Shown piece after piece: positions 1 through 13,160 of a stretch of DNA of 64,000 bases. Origin of the DNA: Octopus vulgaris (lineage: Eukaryota); contig OX597815.1 in NCBI GenBank assembly GCA_951406725.2, forward strand, positions 93,496,001-93,560,000, in the 5' to 3' direction. Below the pieces are notes generated by a model. It was not told the origin of the DNA, made no database searches, and was given only the letters and a program-made list of their open reading frames with translations. Every line of letters starts with the position of its first letter. Position 1 is the stretch's first letter. The translations under genes were made by a program, and so were the position numbers.

Positions 1-335
1 TAAGTCAATGGAGATAAATTTTAATTTTTTCTTAGAAATTAATGCCTTAATAAATTTAACATTTTTTATAAGAGAATCAATTGACTTGTCTATTTATCTA
101 TGATATTAAATTATATTACAACACCTTAAAACATATGAAAAAATGTTAAATATAGAAAATTATATGTGCATTAGGTGAAAATTTGCACATGACAACAGAA
201 ATTTTTTTATATATATTCACAAAACAATATAACATGCCAGACTCACAATAATATACACAGTGACAACTAAGATATACATACTAGAGACACTAAAGCCAAA
301 ATGGGGGGACACCTTGCATTAAAGATAAAACTTAC

Positions 336-386
336 CTTCATAAAGTAGAGCTGCCAACCCAAATAACTCCTTAGCAGGATGTTGGG
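336..386 (-). CDS. USP37: Coding exon 4 of USP37-like gene (AQHPAKELFGLAALLYE); gene continues beyond window start
   Basis: Acceptor TTTTTTTTGTAG|, donor AAG|GTAAGT, 51 nt. The phase 1-to-1 frame is open and continuous with exon 3. Confidence 0.72.
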
Positions 387-2776
387 CTACAAAAAAAATT
401 TGGAAGTAAGGGTTTTATAAAGGAAATTTGTGAAACACTTGCTAATGACACCAAATAACGCAAAACCAAAAGAAGTAAAATGATTTACACAAGGCAGTGA
501 CAAAATTCCAAGATAAAACCACAAATCAACTGATATAACAATTACAAAAATTAATATGATACAACCAGCTCAACACATAATCTACACAAATCACCACCCA
601 ACACTAAAAGACATAACTCAACTTTCACCAACCAACAAAATAGCGTAACTCATATTGCATATATTCTATACAACAAACAGCCAAAACACTAAGATAACGA
701 GCTCCACAATGAAGTAACACTGATGTAGTTTACAAGCAATTCTATGTCCACAAAAGACAATGCTTCACACAGATCAGAAAAACATGTTGAAAGCATAACA
801 GAATAATAATAATTTATTGACCACAAAGGTCCTATGATCCCTAATATATCAATCTTGAAACTTTTATATCTACTTCAATGCTACTGATCATTTTTTTAAA
901 GTTCTTATATGAAATCTAAACATTTCAGTGTAACAAATACACCTAGCTGTTATTTTACTATTTATGTGTGTTTAATGTAGCATAATCACATAGAGATCAA
1001 TGAATAACAAGCCTCACTAGACTACAGAACTGAAACAAAAATTAAACAAGAATTAAATCAATATTTTGCTAGTTTAACTGTGAAATATGTCCTAGCATAC
1101 AATGTGACTAAAATTGTACTTAATGAACAGTTTACTGTCTATAATGGACCTAAGCCAAAGAAATATAGGAAATAGATGAGGTAAGGTCATGCCATTCTAA
1201 AAGATACTTGTTCCTAATATCCCACCTCTCTTGCTATATTCATATTTCTGACTTCTAATTATAAATACAAAGCTTGATGATTTTTAATATTAATATATCT
1301 TAAGTAAAATCATTATAAGGTAATAAACTTTTGCTCATATATATATATATATACACACACACATACACATATATAATGCACAACTAGTGTCCTTCAGTTT
1401 GCTTGTATATCAACAGGTACTACTTCATAGTTCAATGATTAGTTGCAGAAAAAAGAAACATTCAGTTATAAAAATAATTTTCCTATTTAAAGACAAAGCC
1501 AAATGCGTTTTATGTAATTTAGGAAGGTAAAACTTTTTATTTCCAGTATGTAAACCACACTCATGTCGTATTATTGTTGAGTCACAAAGGATGCTTTTGA
1601 AATGATTCAGTAAAACAGATGTTTAACTTGCTGCTACTTCAGTAGTTAGTGGGCAACAATAACCTAGAAGTACAGTATACCCACACTTCAATTTTGAGTA
1701 ATGCTTCAGTATCCTCCCATGACACAGTAACTCCAAACTGAGAGAGTTTAATCGTTGTAATACTTAAATGATTTCAGTAGAACACTCATCTTCACTGTCA
1801 TAGTATTTGCTTGTAGAAACTTTTGACTGAAGCCAAGGTGACAGTGCAGCAGTAGCAGTATCAATGTAATGTTGAAAGTTGTAGACACTAATGCTGCCGC
1901 TTATTCAGAATGAAGATAAGAGGGGATCAGATTACAGGATTGAATCACAGAAGTGTTCACAATATCTGGACATTTTATGATCTAATCTTATACACAAAAA
2001 CAATTTATCTCAGATCCTTGTGGCATTATAATGACAAATACAATAGTTTTCTACTAATTATACTATATTAACGCTCATGTTAATACACAAGAGAATCAAC
2101 ACAGGATGACTTAATTTTTCCTTATAGTTATTTTGAGTACTAATTTCCATGTCTTAAACTTAGTCAAATCTCAAATACTAAACTTTATTTTCAGACAGTG
2201 ACTGCTTTAGCTCTAAACAGTTATTGAGCCTAAACAAATTAAAAGCAGGCTTCACATATGAGTATTGCCCACATATCTAGGGCATCATAAGTGTTGCTCA
2301 TACAAAATTCTAGACAATGTCTAAAAAGCAGCTAACTGGTTAGCAAACTTTTGCTCCTCAACACTGACGTGTTGTGTCCTTTTGTCTCAATTGTTTTGGG
2401 GTTTTTTCAGAACACCCTATTCATCTACCTTGCATTCTCTCAGCTGCCTCACCAAGCTCGTCACTTTGTCGAGTCCTATATTCCCAAAATTGTGTAAATG
2501 GCTGAATGGACAAGAAAATAAACCAAACAAGAAGTCAAAAGTTTGTTGGTTCTGTTTTCTTCATGGCCCAAATCATCTAATTGAAAATAGGTACCAGAGG
2601 TAAGAACAACCCAACCATCTAAATAGTAGCTCTGTAAAATTGACAAGTGATTTATTAATGTACAGTGCTGAGTTCCTTTTGTGGGTTTATATCTTGGAGT
2701 GGAATGTGGTGTCTTCTGTGGTGCTCACCACTCCAACAGTTAAATCTGAGGCAGCTTGGAGTTGACATGTAACCTA

Positions 2777-4466
2777 CACTACCGTCAGAAATTAATTAGC
2801 ACCCTTGATTTGCTGTCACCTAGTGGCCATATCTCGAACTATTGCTTTGTTGCGAGTTCACTGTTGCGCAGAACGATCACATAACTTTGTTTGCAGAGCG
2901 GTTTGGGAGTCTACAGCCTAATGATGTTGACATAGCAGTGCAACAACAACTTGGAGTGCGGATGCAGACAAATCTTCCTTTGTTTAATAGATATAGGTAG
3001 CACCTCGCAAGGACTGAAATCACACCGTACTAAGTTTTCTCATCGCGTAAGACGTTTTGAACAGCTCGTAGGTTAATTGATTTGTGTATTTGCAAGATTT
3101 TTTTCCTCACAAATTCTCCTACACTCTGCTTGGTGACGTCACTTCCAGTTCACAAAACTTTCTGTTATACATCAAATAAGGTGAGAAATTCTGCTTTCTT
3201 TCTTTTTTGTTTAATGAATAATAACTCATAGCAGTTTTGTTATAGCATAACATTATTCAAATGAATAGTTTTAATGAAAATAACTGGTTTTTATCGTTCA
3301 TTCCTAGATGGGCCCAAGACCTCGCATGACCTTGGAGAGACGGTACGAGGCTCTCTCGTGGCGTGGGAAGCTGTCGGAGGCTGCAATTGCCAGAAAACTT
3401 GGTGTAGCCAGGCGCACAATTCAGTGCTTATTTAAGAAATACGAGGAAACCGGATCAGCAGCTGACAAAAAGGGTAGGGGACGGAAGAGGCTGACGACCC
3501 AGCGGGAGGACCGGATGCTGATCCGAAAGTCACTGTACAACCGAAGGGCAACGAGCCGGTAACTGGCGGAGGAGATGCAAAAGATGACAGGGAGGCAGTT
3601 GTCTACAACCACCGTCAAGACCAGATTACTGGAAGCTGGTCTAAAATCCTGTAGGGCCGCCCGTAAGCCGCTCCTTACAGCCCAAAACCGGAAGAGGCGG
3701 CTGCTCTGGGCCCGTGGCCACAAGATATGGACCGTGCAGCAGTGGCGGACAGTGATGTTCACTGACGAGTCGCGATTCAGTCTCATCAGTGACAAGCCTG
3801 TCCATGTGCGACGCCGCAGGGGTGAGCGCTTCAACAAAGACTGCATTGCTCCCACCATGAAGCATGGTGGGGGTGGTCTGATGGTGTGAGGGGCGTTCAG
3901 CTACAGTGGTGTTGGGCGGCTCTATGCCATCGAAAGCAACATCAACGCAGCAAAGTACGTTGAGATAGTACGGGATACCTCTTTGGTGGCGAGGAGTACA
4001 TGCTCCAGCAGGACAATGCGCCTTCCCACACAGCCAAGCTCACAACCGGTTTCTTCAAGGACTATGGGGTGACGGTCATGGACTGGCCTGGCCAGTCACC
4101 TGACCTGAACCCTATTGAGAACCTCTGGAGTCGATTGGGTAGGGATTTGAATGTGCAGTAATACAGGAACCGACACGAGCTGTTTGGGGCACTTCTTGCT
4201 CCATGGAGGGCCATCCCTGCACAGTACCTGCAGGCACTCATAGACAGCATGCCGACCCGCGTAGCAGCTGTCATTGCTGCCAAAGGAGGAGCAACAAGAT
4301 ATTGACTAAATTTCACGATTAATAACAATTATGTGGTGTGCTGGGATATGTTTTAATAAATTTTTGATTAAAAACGAGTTCGTTTCTGATAATAAGTTAA
4401 TTAAATTAAGAAAATGTAAGAAAATGTAGAAATTTGAGAAGTGCTAATTAATTTCCGACGCAAGTG
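2777..4466 (+). mobile_element. Tc1-family (DD34E) DNA transposon, near full length
   Basis: 26-bp TIRs: CACTACCGTCAGAAATTAATTAGCAC versus right-end reverse complement CACTTGCGTCGGAAATTAATTAGCAC (3 mismatches). TA target duplication at 2775-2776 and 4467-4468. Internal transposase. Confidence 0.97.
3308..4305 (+). pseudogene. Disrupted Tc1 transposase
   Basis: HTH region with GRGRKR, then FTDESRF, QQDNAPSH and WPGQSPDLNPIENLW; D to E spacing is 34 residues; ends KGGATRY*. In-frame stops at 3560, 3887 and about 4159, plus a small deletion/frameshift near 3980. Confidence 0.95.
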
Positions 4467-5743
4467 TAAGCTGGAGAAATAGACTTGTTTAATCCTCTGG
4501 TCAGCTGTCATCAAGCAGATTTATGATTGAAAGTGCTCCAGTTTGGACAATTCCATCTTTATTATTTTTAAGTATGAAGATTAAACAGATGTTTTTAGCA
4601 GATCAAGTAACTGTAAATAGATGTCCTCATTAGCTCCTACATAGACTCATGATATTAAATGAGAAGTTTGATAAAAAGTGCTGTTCTCAAGTACTTCCTG
4701 TGATTAGAGGAGCAATAACACTTAGTGAAGGGGTGCAACAAGAATCTAGTTTGTTGAGATAGTGTGCAGAAGTGTCCAATGTTCTACAAGATGACCTTGT
4801 AATTTCAAAATAACTTTTCCAAATATTAAAGATATTAAAGCAGCAAGAAGGTAAGATTACCAATGCATTTGAATTAGAGCATTCATATTGAAATTCCTTC
4901 CATATACTAACTATACTATGACCACAGAAATGGATTATAGACTTCATATATTTTACAAGTTACTTTATGCTCATAAACTTATTGATCTTGTTAATAGAGA
5001 TTGTTAAAACTGCAATAAATGTTTCATCTGAAAATGTAAATTTAGTCTAATTTTGAATAAATATGCAATGAAAGTTATGAATATATTTTTTATTTTGAGT
5101 CCAAACATCATTCCAGCCATGATGATTCCATCTTTTCGTATACCAGGAACTACACTGTCTAGATGATTTTTTTTTTTTTTTAAAGTAGGAGAATGATTTA
5201 AGGAAGATTTGGTTCATATTTCTTGCAGGTCAAATCACTACATAGAGGTTCTGCAAGTATTTGCAAGAGGTGAGAAAACAATTTCTGGGAAGACTTCACA
5301 GATCTTGTCAAAAATGTAGTGCATTGAACCAAAAGTCAATTTTACAATGCCAAACAGTGAGTGCCAATAAATATGTATATAAATAAGAGGTACAATAATT
5401 GTCAAAACAAATTACTGGCCATAATTAACGTGAGTGCAAGCTTTACCATTACAGCCATTATGAAAATAATATTTAAGGCTCTCTCTCCAATTACACTGCA
5501 ATCAATAACTCTCAAAGTATGATGTTTTATCTGTCTTTTATATAATGGGTACTTCTTTTCTTTCATCTTTTTTTTAATAACCACCTCTATATCATGCCCA
5601 CCCAAGCTCAATTAGTGCACTCACCTTTTTTTCACTCACACCCCATCAAATCCTTCACTAAATACTTAGCCAAACCACAGAAACTCCCTCTTTGCTTGTT
5701 TTTCCCACTTGAATCAGCCTACAGAAGATTAGGATGAACTCAC

Positions 5744-5792
5744 CAGTCTGTTGGAGACTGCAAGTTATCGATATTATCTTTGTTTCTTCAAA
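5744..5792 (-). CDS. USP37: Coding exon 3 of USP37-like gene (FEETKIISITCSLQQT)
   Basis: Polypyrimidine acceptor TTTTTGTTCCTCCTTTAATTAG|, donor CTG|GTGAGT, 49 nt. Only one frame is open (phase 0 to 1) and it fits both neighbours. Confidence 0.72.
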
Positions 5793-6204
5793 CTAATTAA
5801 AGGAGGAACAAAAACTCAACTTAGTCTGTTTGAACAAAAGATTCCATTTATACACTTCACAACTTATCCACTTATAACAAGAAAGGTATCCAGATTTATG
5901 AACAAGGATTCAAACAGAAAGCACATTGCCAAAAGCAATCCCACTCATATTGTTACAGTAAACAGCCATAATAGAAACAACCATAATATAGACTTGTTTA
6001 GCTTAAACGTAACCCTATTTGAGTAGACCCATAAAGACTCTCCAGCCTTGCCCATCACATTTTCTTGTACATCCATGAATATATTTTTTGTATCTATGTA
6101 TTTTAAGATAGTAGAATATGATGAGGGACACTTGGTTCCTATTTCTAGCAGGCCAAGTGACAATATAGAGGTTTTCTGTACTACCTTGTAATAACTGTCT
6201 AATT

Positions 6205-6620
6205 TAAGCACAAATTCATCAATTTTGAGGGAAGTGGGCTAGTCGATTACATCAACCTATTAGACCTACTGGATTTTATTAACTCTGGAAAGAAGAAAGG
6301 CAATGTTGATCTCAATGGCATTTACACTCACAACATAATGAACCACACCAAATATCACAAGACAACTTTCTCTAATGATTCCCCAGTCAACCATCCTACT
6401 ATCTTGTAATAACTATTTATAATTTAGGCACAAGGCCAGCGATTTTGAGAGGCAAAGGATTTGGATTGGTCTGTTACTTTGAGCCAAATACTTGACTGGC
6501 ACTTATTTTATCAACTCCAAAAGGATAAAGGCAAAGTTGACAGAGTTGATCTCAAGCTAAAAACTGTAAGAAATAACATGAGGCACTTTTTATGACATTC
6601 TAACAGTTCTGCAAACCACC
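6205..6620 (-). mobile_element. Two degenerate tandem SINE copies (Nin-domain-like family)
   Basis: Reverse complement of the ...CAACTTTGCCTTTCATCC...GATAAAATAAGTACCAG motif occurs twice; same family as 27810 and 30696. Confidence 0.6.
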
Positions 6621-7015
6621 ACTCTAAACTATTGCCTTGTAATAAGACTTACTAATTAATACAACAACATATTACAAAACAGATTAGTGTGATTTCTTGA
6701 AATTATCTTCCTTCTGAGAAATGCTAACAAATGATGCTAAGTCCACTCACCACTTAAACTGAGAAATTTAATAAAGAATGTTTAGCATGTAGTATGCAGT
6801 GTAGCACTCTCTAACTCACATGAAACTGATTATATTTGCTGTAGAGAATTTCTAAAATTTTAACTTAAGCTCAAAAGGTAACATAACAGTTTAGGAAGCC
6901 ATGTGAAAGTATATGAACAAAAAAATATTTCATTGGCTTCTAAACATCTAGAACTTCAATGAGAAAAATATCTAATGAACAATGATACAACTGAGTGACA
7001 GTTAAATGGACTTAA

Positions 7016-7238
7016 CCCTTTTGTGACCATATTTCTTTTGAGATTCTCTGTGTTTTTTTTCAATTAATTTTAAATATAACAAAGAATTTAGTAAAATAAC
7101 TTAGTTATCATTCAGCTAGTGTTAGGAACATAAATTGTGACTAAGGTTTGGTGTAAGATTTTACTTCAAAACCTATTAAAACAAGACATTTGTACTACAG
7201 AGCTAGAGGCGGTTTCAGCCGCGTTGGTATCGAAAGGG
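7016..7238. mobile_element. piggyBac-type MITE, family A
   Basis: TTAA|CCCTTTTGTGACCA ... TGGTATCGAAAGGG|TTAA; non-coding, 223 bp. Confidence 0.85.
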
Positions 7239-7925
7239 TTAATGAATATTAGAAATCTGGTCAGAATTGGAATTATATACTGTCAAAAAGTTCAAAGACA
7301 AGGAATTCACAGAGAAATTCATGCTCATACAAATTCCATTGGCAAATGACCTAGCTCTTGTGACAGAGAGTTCGGGATGATTGGAGAGCTTCTATGCAGT
7401 CACTCAGCCTTTCAGCAATAGTAATTAGATTTTCATCTGATTAAATCCTACCACTTTAAAAGAAGGAGACATTGACCAATGTAGCCCTAGGTATAATAAA
7501 AAGACAGGATAGCAGAAAAATCTTGACTGCAAATCTGATGGATGAATGCTAACTCAAGGAAAAACAACAACAAATTCACATGAATTCAAAGCCCAAAGAG
7601 ATTAGCAACATAAATCCTTAACATATTCAAGTCCTAGATTTAAGAATTACTTGGTAATAGAACCTTTCAAAACTCAGCATTAGAAAAAAAGAAAAAGGAA
7701 CATTAATCTATGTCAGGTGTAATCATGGGAAATAAAAAAAAAAAGTAACAAGAATCTTGTGCAGCCACGTGCCTTCTGTAATGATAGAAACAATAGCAAT
7801 AAAAAATATGGTAGCCCAAGATCTACTGTAATGATTCACTGAAACGAGTAGAGAAATATTGTCTTTTAGGAGTGGCAGTGGAATTAGAATTGAAATTCTT
7901 GTAAGCATATTTCTATTTCACTTAC

Positions 7926-7989
7926 AGTATTGTATTGCACTGATACCTCTATGTTTTCTTCATATCTAATTAAGAATTCATTATTTCTT
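7926..7989 (-). CDS. USP37: Coding exon 2 of USP37-like gene (RNNEFLIRYEENIEVSVQYNT)
   Basis: Acceptor ATATTTTAG|, donor ACT|GTAAGT, 64 nt, phase 2 to 0. EFLIRYEENIEVSVQYNT resembles the recalled USP37 segment SFEIVEKENKVSLVVHYNT. Confidence 0.7.
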
Positions 7990-9259
7990 CTAAAATATTA
8001 GGCAACTTCAAAAGAAATTAACAAAACTGCTATTAAAAAACAACTATTGTGTCTCTAGAGAAACATAAGGCTAAAACATTTTGAACATACTACTACTGAT
8101 AATGAGTCAACTGAAAGATATCCAGGAATTATTTTTAAGTGTTTAAAAATGCAATATCAAAGTGTTACATCAAGAAGTCAGCTAAGCTTGGAATTAGGTA
8201 AGGAGCAAAAAGGTTGTCTAGAGTTATCTTACTTGAAATATATCTGACCAGAAAATACTTTGTCAAGCTATGTATGCTGAAGATACATTTCTTGAAGTGT
8301 CACTCAACAATTTAGTGACATAGTATTTTGAAAAACCAAAAGCAGTACAAGCATCCTCATGCTACAGCTACTTTAGGTTACATAATTTCCATTGATTTCA
8401 AGAAACAGTCTATAATTTCATTCTTACAGAAACTTTGATAAATTTTGAGAATTTAAAAACCACATGTTCTTTAGCCAAAAGGCTGATTCTTAGTGTTTTA
8501 GCTTATTTAACAATTTAAAAAACTAATCACTATACATACATATACACACACAATACACACACGCACACACATACAATACACACACACGTGTATGTGTTTG
8601 TGTGTATTTTTTTTAGTTACAATGCATATCTGATTATCAATCTATCTCTCTCTTCACCAGCATGACCAGGATCAATACTAAACTAGTAATACAAACACCA
8701 CCATTACCAACCCAGTAATTCTATAATGACCAACAGCAACAACAGTATGAACAAGGCAAGCAACTCTATCTGAAAAAAAAATCACATGAAGTAATGTAGT
8801 GCTCATGTATATTCTAAAAGTTGAATGAAATGTCTTTAGGTCAATGAGAATTTACTTGAAGCTAAACAACAATAATACAATTAACAAAAACACTATGACC
8901 ATCAGTGTCATCACTATCACCATCATCACCAATACCAAAACCAATACAGCCAACTTTTGAGTATCTAACTGGCAACAATGAAAATAGCATCAGCATGACA
9001 GCAATGCCTGTACCTACATATATTATATGTCAACACAGTAACATGAATAGTTTTTATGGTGCAAGGAGTAAAGCTCCTGTGAACAAGGTAACTCTTTAAC
9101 AATCTGTATTTCCTTTCACCTCACTCTTTCACTTTTTCATCTTCTCATTTCCATTCTTACATGCAAAAGAATAAACATATTTTTGCTCTCACAAAACAGT
9201 TCTTCCCTCGAGGTGTTTTTTCTTACTACATATTTGATTTGTTAGAATACAAGTAAGAT

Positions 9260-9860
9260 GAAAATATGAAATTCCATCAACTACACTTATTAGTTGATAC
9301 AAAGAATATTTCAAGAAAGTTGACACATTCAGAGTTTTTGCAGACAACAATCCTATTCATGAACATAATGTAAAAATTATAGGAGGAGTTTTCAATGATT
9401 TCAGTTCCTACACTGAGTTATACAAAGAGATGACATGTCAAACAATTTTTGATAAGTTCTTCGCCCCTGAAGTAGATGTTGATGAACTATAAGATAGAAG
9501 ATAATGTCTCTCATCATCCCAGTAAGTTTCATTTCATCTCTACCCCTCAGATAGTAATCAACATACTTTATGGAAAGTACATGCCCTATTACAATATTAT
9601 GATACTTATGTATTCCAAAATTTGTTTCACCTCAAATATTTTTATGTATATATAATGTACTGTGTATATTTAGAAATTGTTTTTATGCATAAAAGTAGAT
9701 GCGTTGCTTGTTTTTCAGGGGTGGGTGGCTGTTTCATTTTAAATATCTGTCAGAATGCATTATCATTTCATAACAGTGAGAATCAATGGGGAAATTAATT
9801 TTGCATCCTGGAATTTCCAGCTACAGCAAGGTTTTCAGGGATGTATTCCAGCATTATGAA
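9260..9860 (+). mobile_element. Tigger/pogo-like transposon 3' remnant
   Basis: One frame reads KEYFKKVDTFRVFADNNPIHEHNVKIIGGVFNDFSSYTELYKEMTCQTIFDKFF, resembling the Tigger transposase C-terminus (QTxLDxFF). A degenerate subterminal region follows. Confidence 0.5.
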
Positions 9861-11774
9861 TTACAATACAAGAATAATTATTTTTATATTATTTTTGGCA
9901 AATACAACCAAAATATACTCTTTATCATTTGTGTGCCTGCATGTGCACCTGTAAACATATAATATAGGTGCAGGCTATGAAACTACAGAGTTCCCTTTGT
10001 TACACTGCAGTTTCAAGTTCTATCTCATTGCAAGGCACAAGTGTCTTCTATAATCTCAGGCCAAAAAATACCTTGTGGGTAGAATTGGTACATAGAAACT
10101 GTATGGAAACTCATCATGTATATGTGTACATACAGGCACATACATTTGTATACGCATGAATATATGTATGGATGTGTATGTTTGTGTGACTGAATGCTTA
10201 CAAGTTACATCCTTACATGAGAGCAGTGAAATATTTCTGAAAAAACAGAATCTATACATGAAAGGACATCAGAAATCAGTGATGAAATAAATTCCTGTTT
10301 AGAGATCATTTAATGACTAATGAGCTATTTCAGTAACTGAACATTTTATAAATCAAATATTCTAGTTACTGTTTATTTTCTGGCACTCAGATTGCACCTT
10401 ACTTTCTTTAAAAAATGGAACAACACATAAACAAATTTAGTCCCAGGTATACTATACTTCAATAGAAGACAAGATGATTATGGCTGGAATATATTTGAAT
10501 ATAAGTCTGCTTGACCAATGCTAAACTGAGGTAACAGAAGAATCTTTTACATAACTTTCTTACTTCAAAGTTCTTATTTCAGATCTACTACTGTCTCCAT
10601 CAGCACAATGAATGATATGTGCTGGATGAAAAAACCAAGAGTCAAGTACCAACAGTGGAAAGAAGACTCAAGAAAAATGAATGTGACCAAATCTCAACAT
10701 GCTGATCTTGACAGATAATACTGTGCATGACCAAGATGAATGTTATATTACCATTCTGAAGAATCATTCATCTCATTCTAGCAAGGAGATATTGACATCA
10801 TCATCATCATTATTGAAGTGGTGATGATTGGGGGATGAAGAATATCTTCTCTACTCCTGTAATATTTTGGATCAATTACTGACAAGATTCTTTTGATAAA
10901 GGAATAAATTACAGAGAAGAGCTTATAGAGTGGCTGCTAATTCTCCAGAAATTTTATTTCATTTAATTGCTATAGCACTGTATAGCAATCTCTTCAACTC
11001 ATTCACTTGTTAATCTCTTTAAAATAATCAAAAGTTTATTCTTTCAAATGATTGGGAATTCAAGAAAAAAATTAGAAATAGAAATCTAGTCTGAATCTTC
11101 TTGATTCAAATAATAAACTATCACCGAATCTCTAAGCGAATTAAATATCTACCAATAGGAAACATATTTATTAGAACTTCTCAAAGTGTTTTACTGTCTA
11201 GCTTTCATTGACTAATATGTTTAAATTCTTCACCAACTAAACATTCATAAACATCTGTACTTCTTTTTTCTCATCTACCGATGGAAAATATCTACTGGAT
11301 ATGCTTTCATTGAAAATATATTATCAGCACTATTTCTTTACCCACAACTCTTGCATTAATGACTTGATAAACAGCTATATCATATGTTCCATTATAGAAT
11401 CTATTTAAATTTTTAATTACACTACATATTAATCTACCAAACTAAAGATAACTTCTCCAGCTGCTCACTAATAAACCAAATGTCACATCAAACACTACCA
11501 TTTTGTCATTGTTATTGTTTTTTTCTGTTAGTCAACCTTTTCTTTTGAAAATCTACCAAATAATTACACTGCTCTTGACCTAATTGATGTATTAAAATAT
11601 AACATCAATCAATCACTTATTCTGTGATGTTTATTTCGTTACACCAATCAACAACACCAGTCACTGAGGTACTCACATATCCACTACACTGTTGCCTAGC
11701 ATCTTTAACTAAAAACAATTGAGACACATTATGTTGTTACTGCTTTGTTTTGTCCCCCCCACCTTATTTATTAA

Positions 11775-12332
11775 TCCTTTTGTTACCATATTTTGGCACA
11801 CTACTTTTATTTTGATTAATTTTGAAAGTAATGAAGCAATTACTAAAATAATTTTGTTGTTATTAATTCTTGATTATCATCATCATTATTTAACATCCAT
11901 GTTCCATGCTGGCATGATTGGATGGTTTGAAAGGATCCAATGTATCTATGGACTGCATTGCGCTCCAAGGTTTGCTTTGGCATGGTTTCTATGGCTGGCA
12001 TTAGGCAGGGCAGTCAACTGTAGAAACCATGCTAAAACAGACATTGGAACACAATGCAGTCCTTGGACACATTGGATCCAGTCAACCTATTCAATCATGC
12101 CAGCATTGAATGTGGATGTTAAATGACAATGATGATGATTATAATCAAGAATTTGGATAGATATTATAAAATAATTTTATCATTATGAAGTTGATATGGA
12201 GAACACAGTAAAAAAAAAGAAAAATTCTTAACAAAAGTATATATAATGGAAAACTTTAATTCATGATACTTTAAAGCAGGAGGTTTTATATCAGAACCAG
12301 AAGCAGTCTTGGGTGGCTTGGTATCAAAAGGG
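11775..12332. mobile_element. piggyBac-type MITE family A copy interrupted by a palindromic SINE-tail insert
   Basis: TTAA|TCCTTTTGTTACCA ... TGGTATCAAAAGGG|TTAA; internal similarity to 7016-7238. Confidence 0.75.
11865..12153. repeat. About 290-bp fold-back inverted repeat of SINE/RTE 3' tail
   Basis: Arms of about 125-130 bp (11865-11991, 12021-12153) are imperfect reverse complements. The outer 13 bp AATTCTTGATTAT/ATAATCAAGAATT are perfect. Confidence 0.9.
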
Positions 12333-12809
12333 TTAAGTATATAACTAGAAATACAAAAGTTTAGAGAGAATACAACTGATTTTCTTACACCGATTGTATG
12401 TATATGTTTTAACTTCCTCTATATAGTTTGCTCCATAATGAGTTTGAAAAATTGAACAAAAGCGCTTACATACACTATATAAAAAAAAACATCATTCCAA
12501 AGGGTTCGTGTCATTCTTTTCTTCAAGAAGAAATCATTCTTCAAATATTGTGACTGTAACAAGTATTTTTTGCATAAAGTTTAAAACATACACACACACA
12601 CACACACGAATCTGACTCAATGGCCAGAACATCTAAATAAGTAAGGTCAAGGACTAGGAGTTAAAGTATAGATTCTGTTTTAATCATTTGACAATGACTA
12701 TGTATTTCATTACACAGTAACAGAAATAACATATATATAGAACCAATACGCTTATCAAGAAACTATTGTGAGAAGTATGACACCCTTAGAGAGATGAATA
12801 TACATTTTG

Positions 12810-13160
12810 GGAACATAGGTGGTTTCAGGTTCAGTCTTATTGCATGGCACCTTGGGCAAGTGTTTTTCATTATTGCCCTGGGCCAACCAATGCTTTGTGA
12901 GTTAATTTGGTAAACAGAAGCTGCATGGAAGCTTGTCATATATGTTTGTGTGCATCTTTGCACTTGTTCCCTCATTACTGCTTGACTACCAGTGCTGGGT
13001 TGTTTACATCCCTGTAACTTAGCAGCTTAGCAAAATAGTCCAATACAATAAGTATCAGATTTATAAAAAAAATAAGTACTGGCATCAATTTGTTCAACTA
13101 AACCCTTCAATGTGGTGCCCCAGTATGGCCACAGTCAAATGACTGACACAAGTTAAAAAG
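12810..13160 (+). mobile_element. Octopus-type tRNA-derived SINE
   Basis: GGTTCAGTC...GGCACCTTGGGCAAGTG core and GTGCCCCAGTATGGCCACAGTCAAATGACTGA tail, shared with the copies at 40845 and 41293. Confidence 0.8.

Noticed and set aside
336-386. Alternative frame PNILLRSYLGWQLYFMK resembling MCM8 GWKLYF, and ELFGLA resembling a FERM F1 motif
   Set aside because: The MCM8-like frame is out of phase with the upstream exon. The FERM reading needs an extra helix-coding exon that I could not find. The USP37 match spans all four exons.
3421-4328. Minus-strand ORFs of 145, 74 and 88 aa
   Set aside because: Antisense shadows of the GC-rich Tc1 transposase.
11719-12126. 135-aa hydrophobic ORF
   Set aside because: Made of MITE and palindromic SINE-tail sequence, with a non-ATG start.
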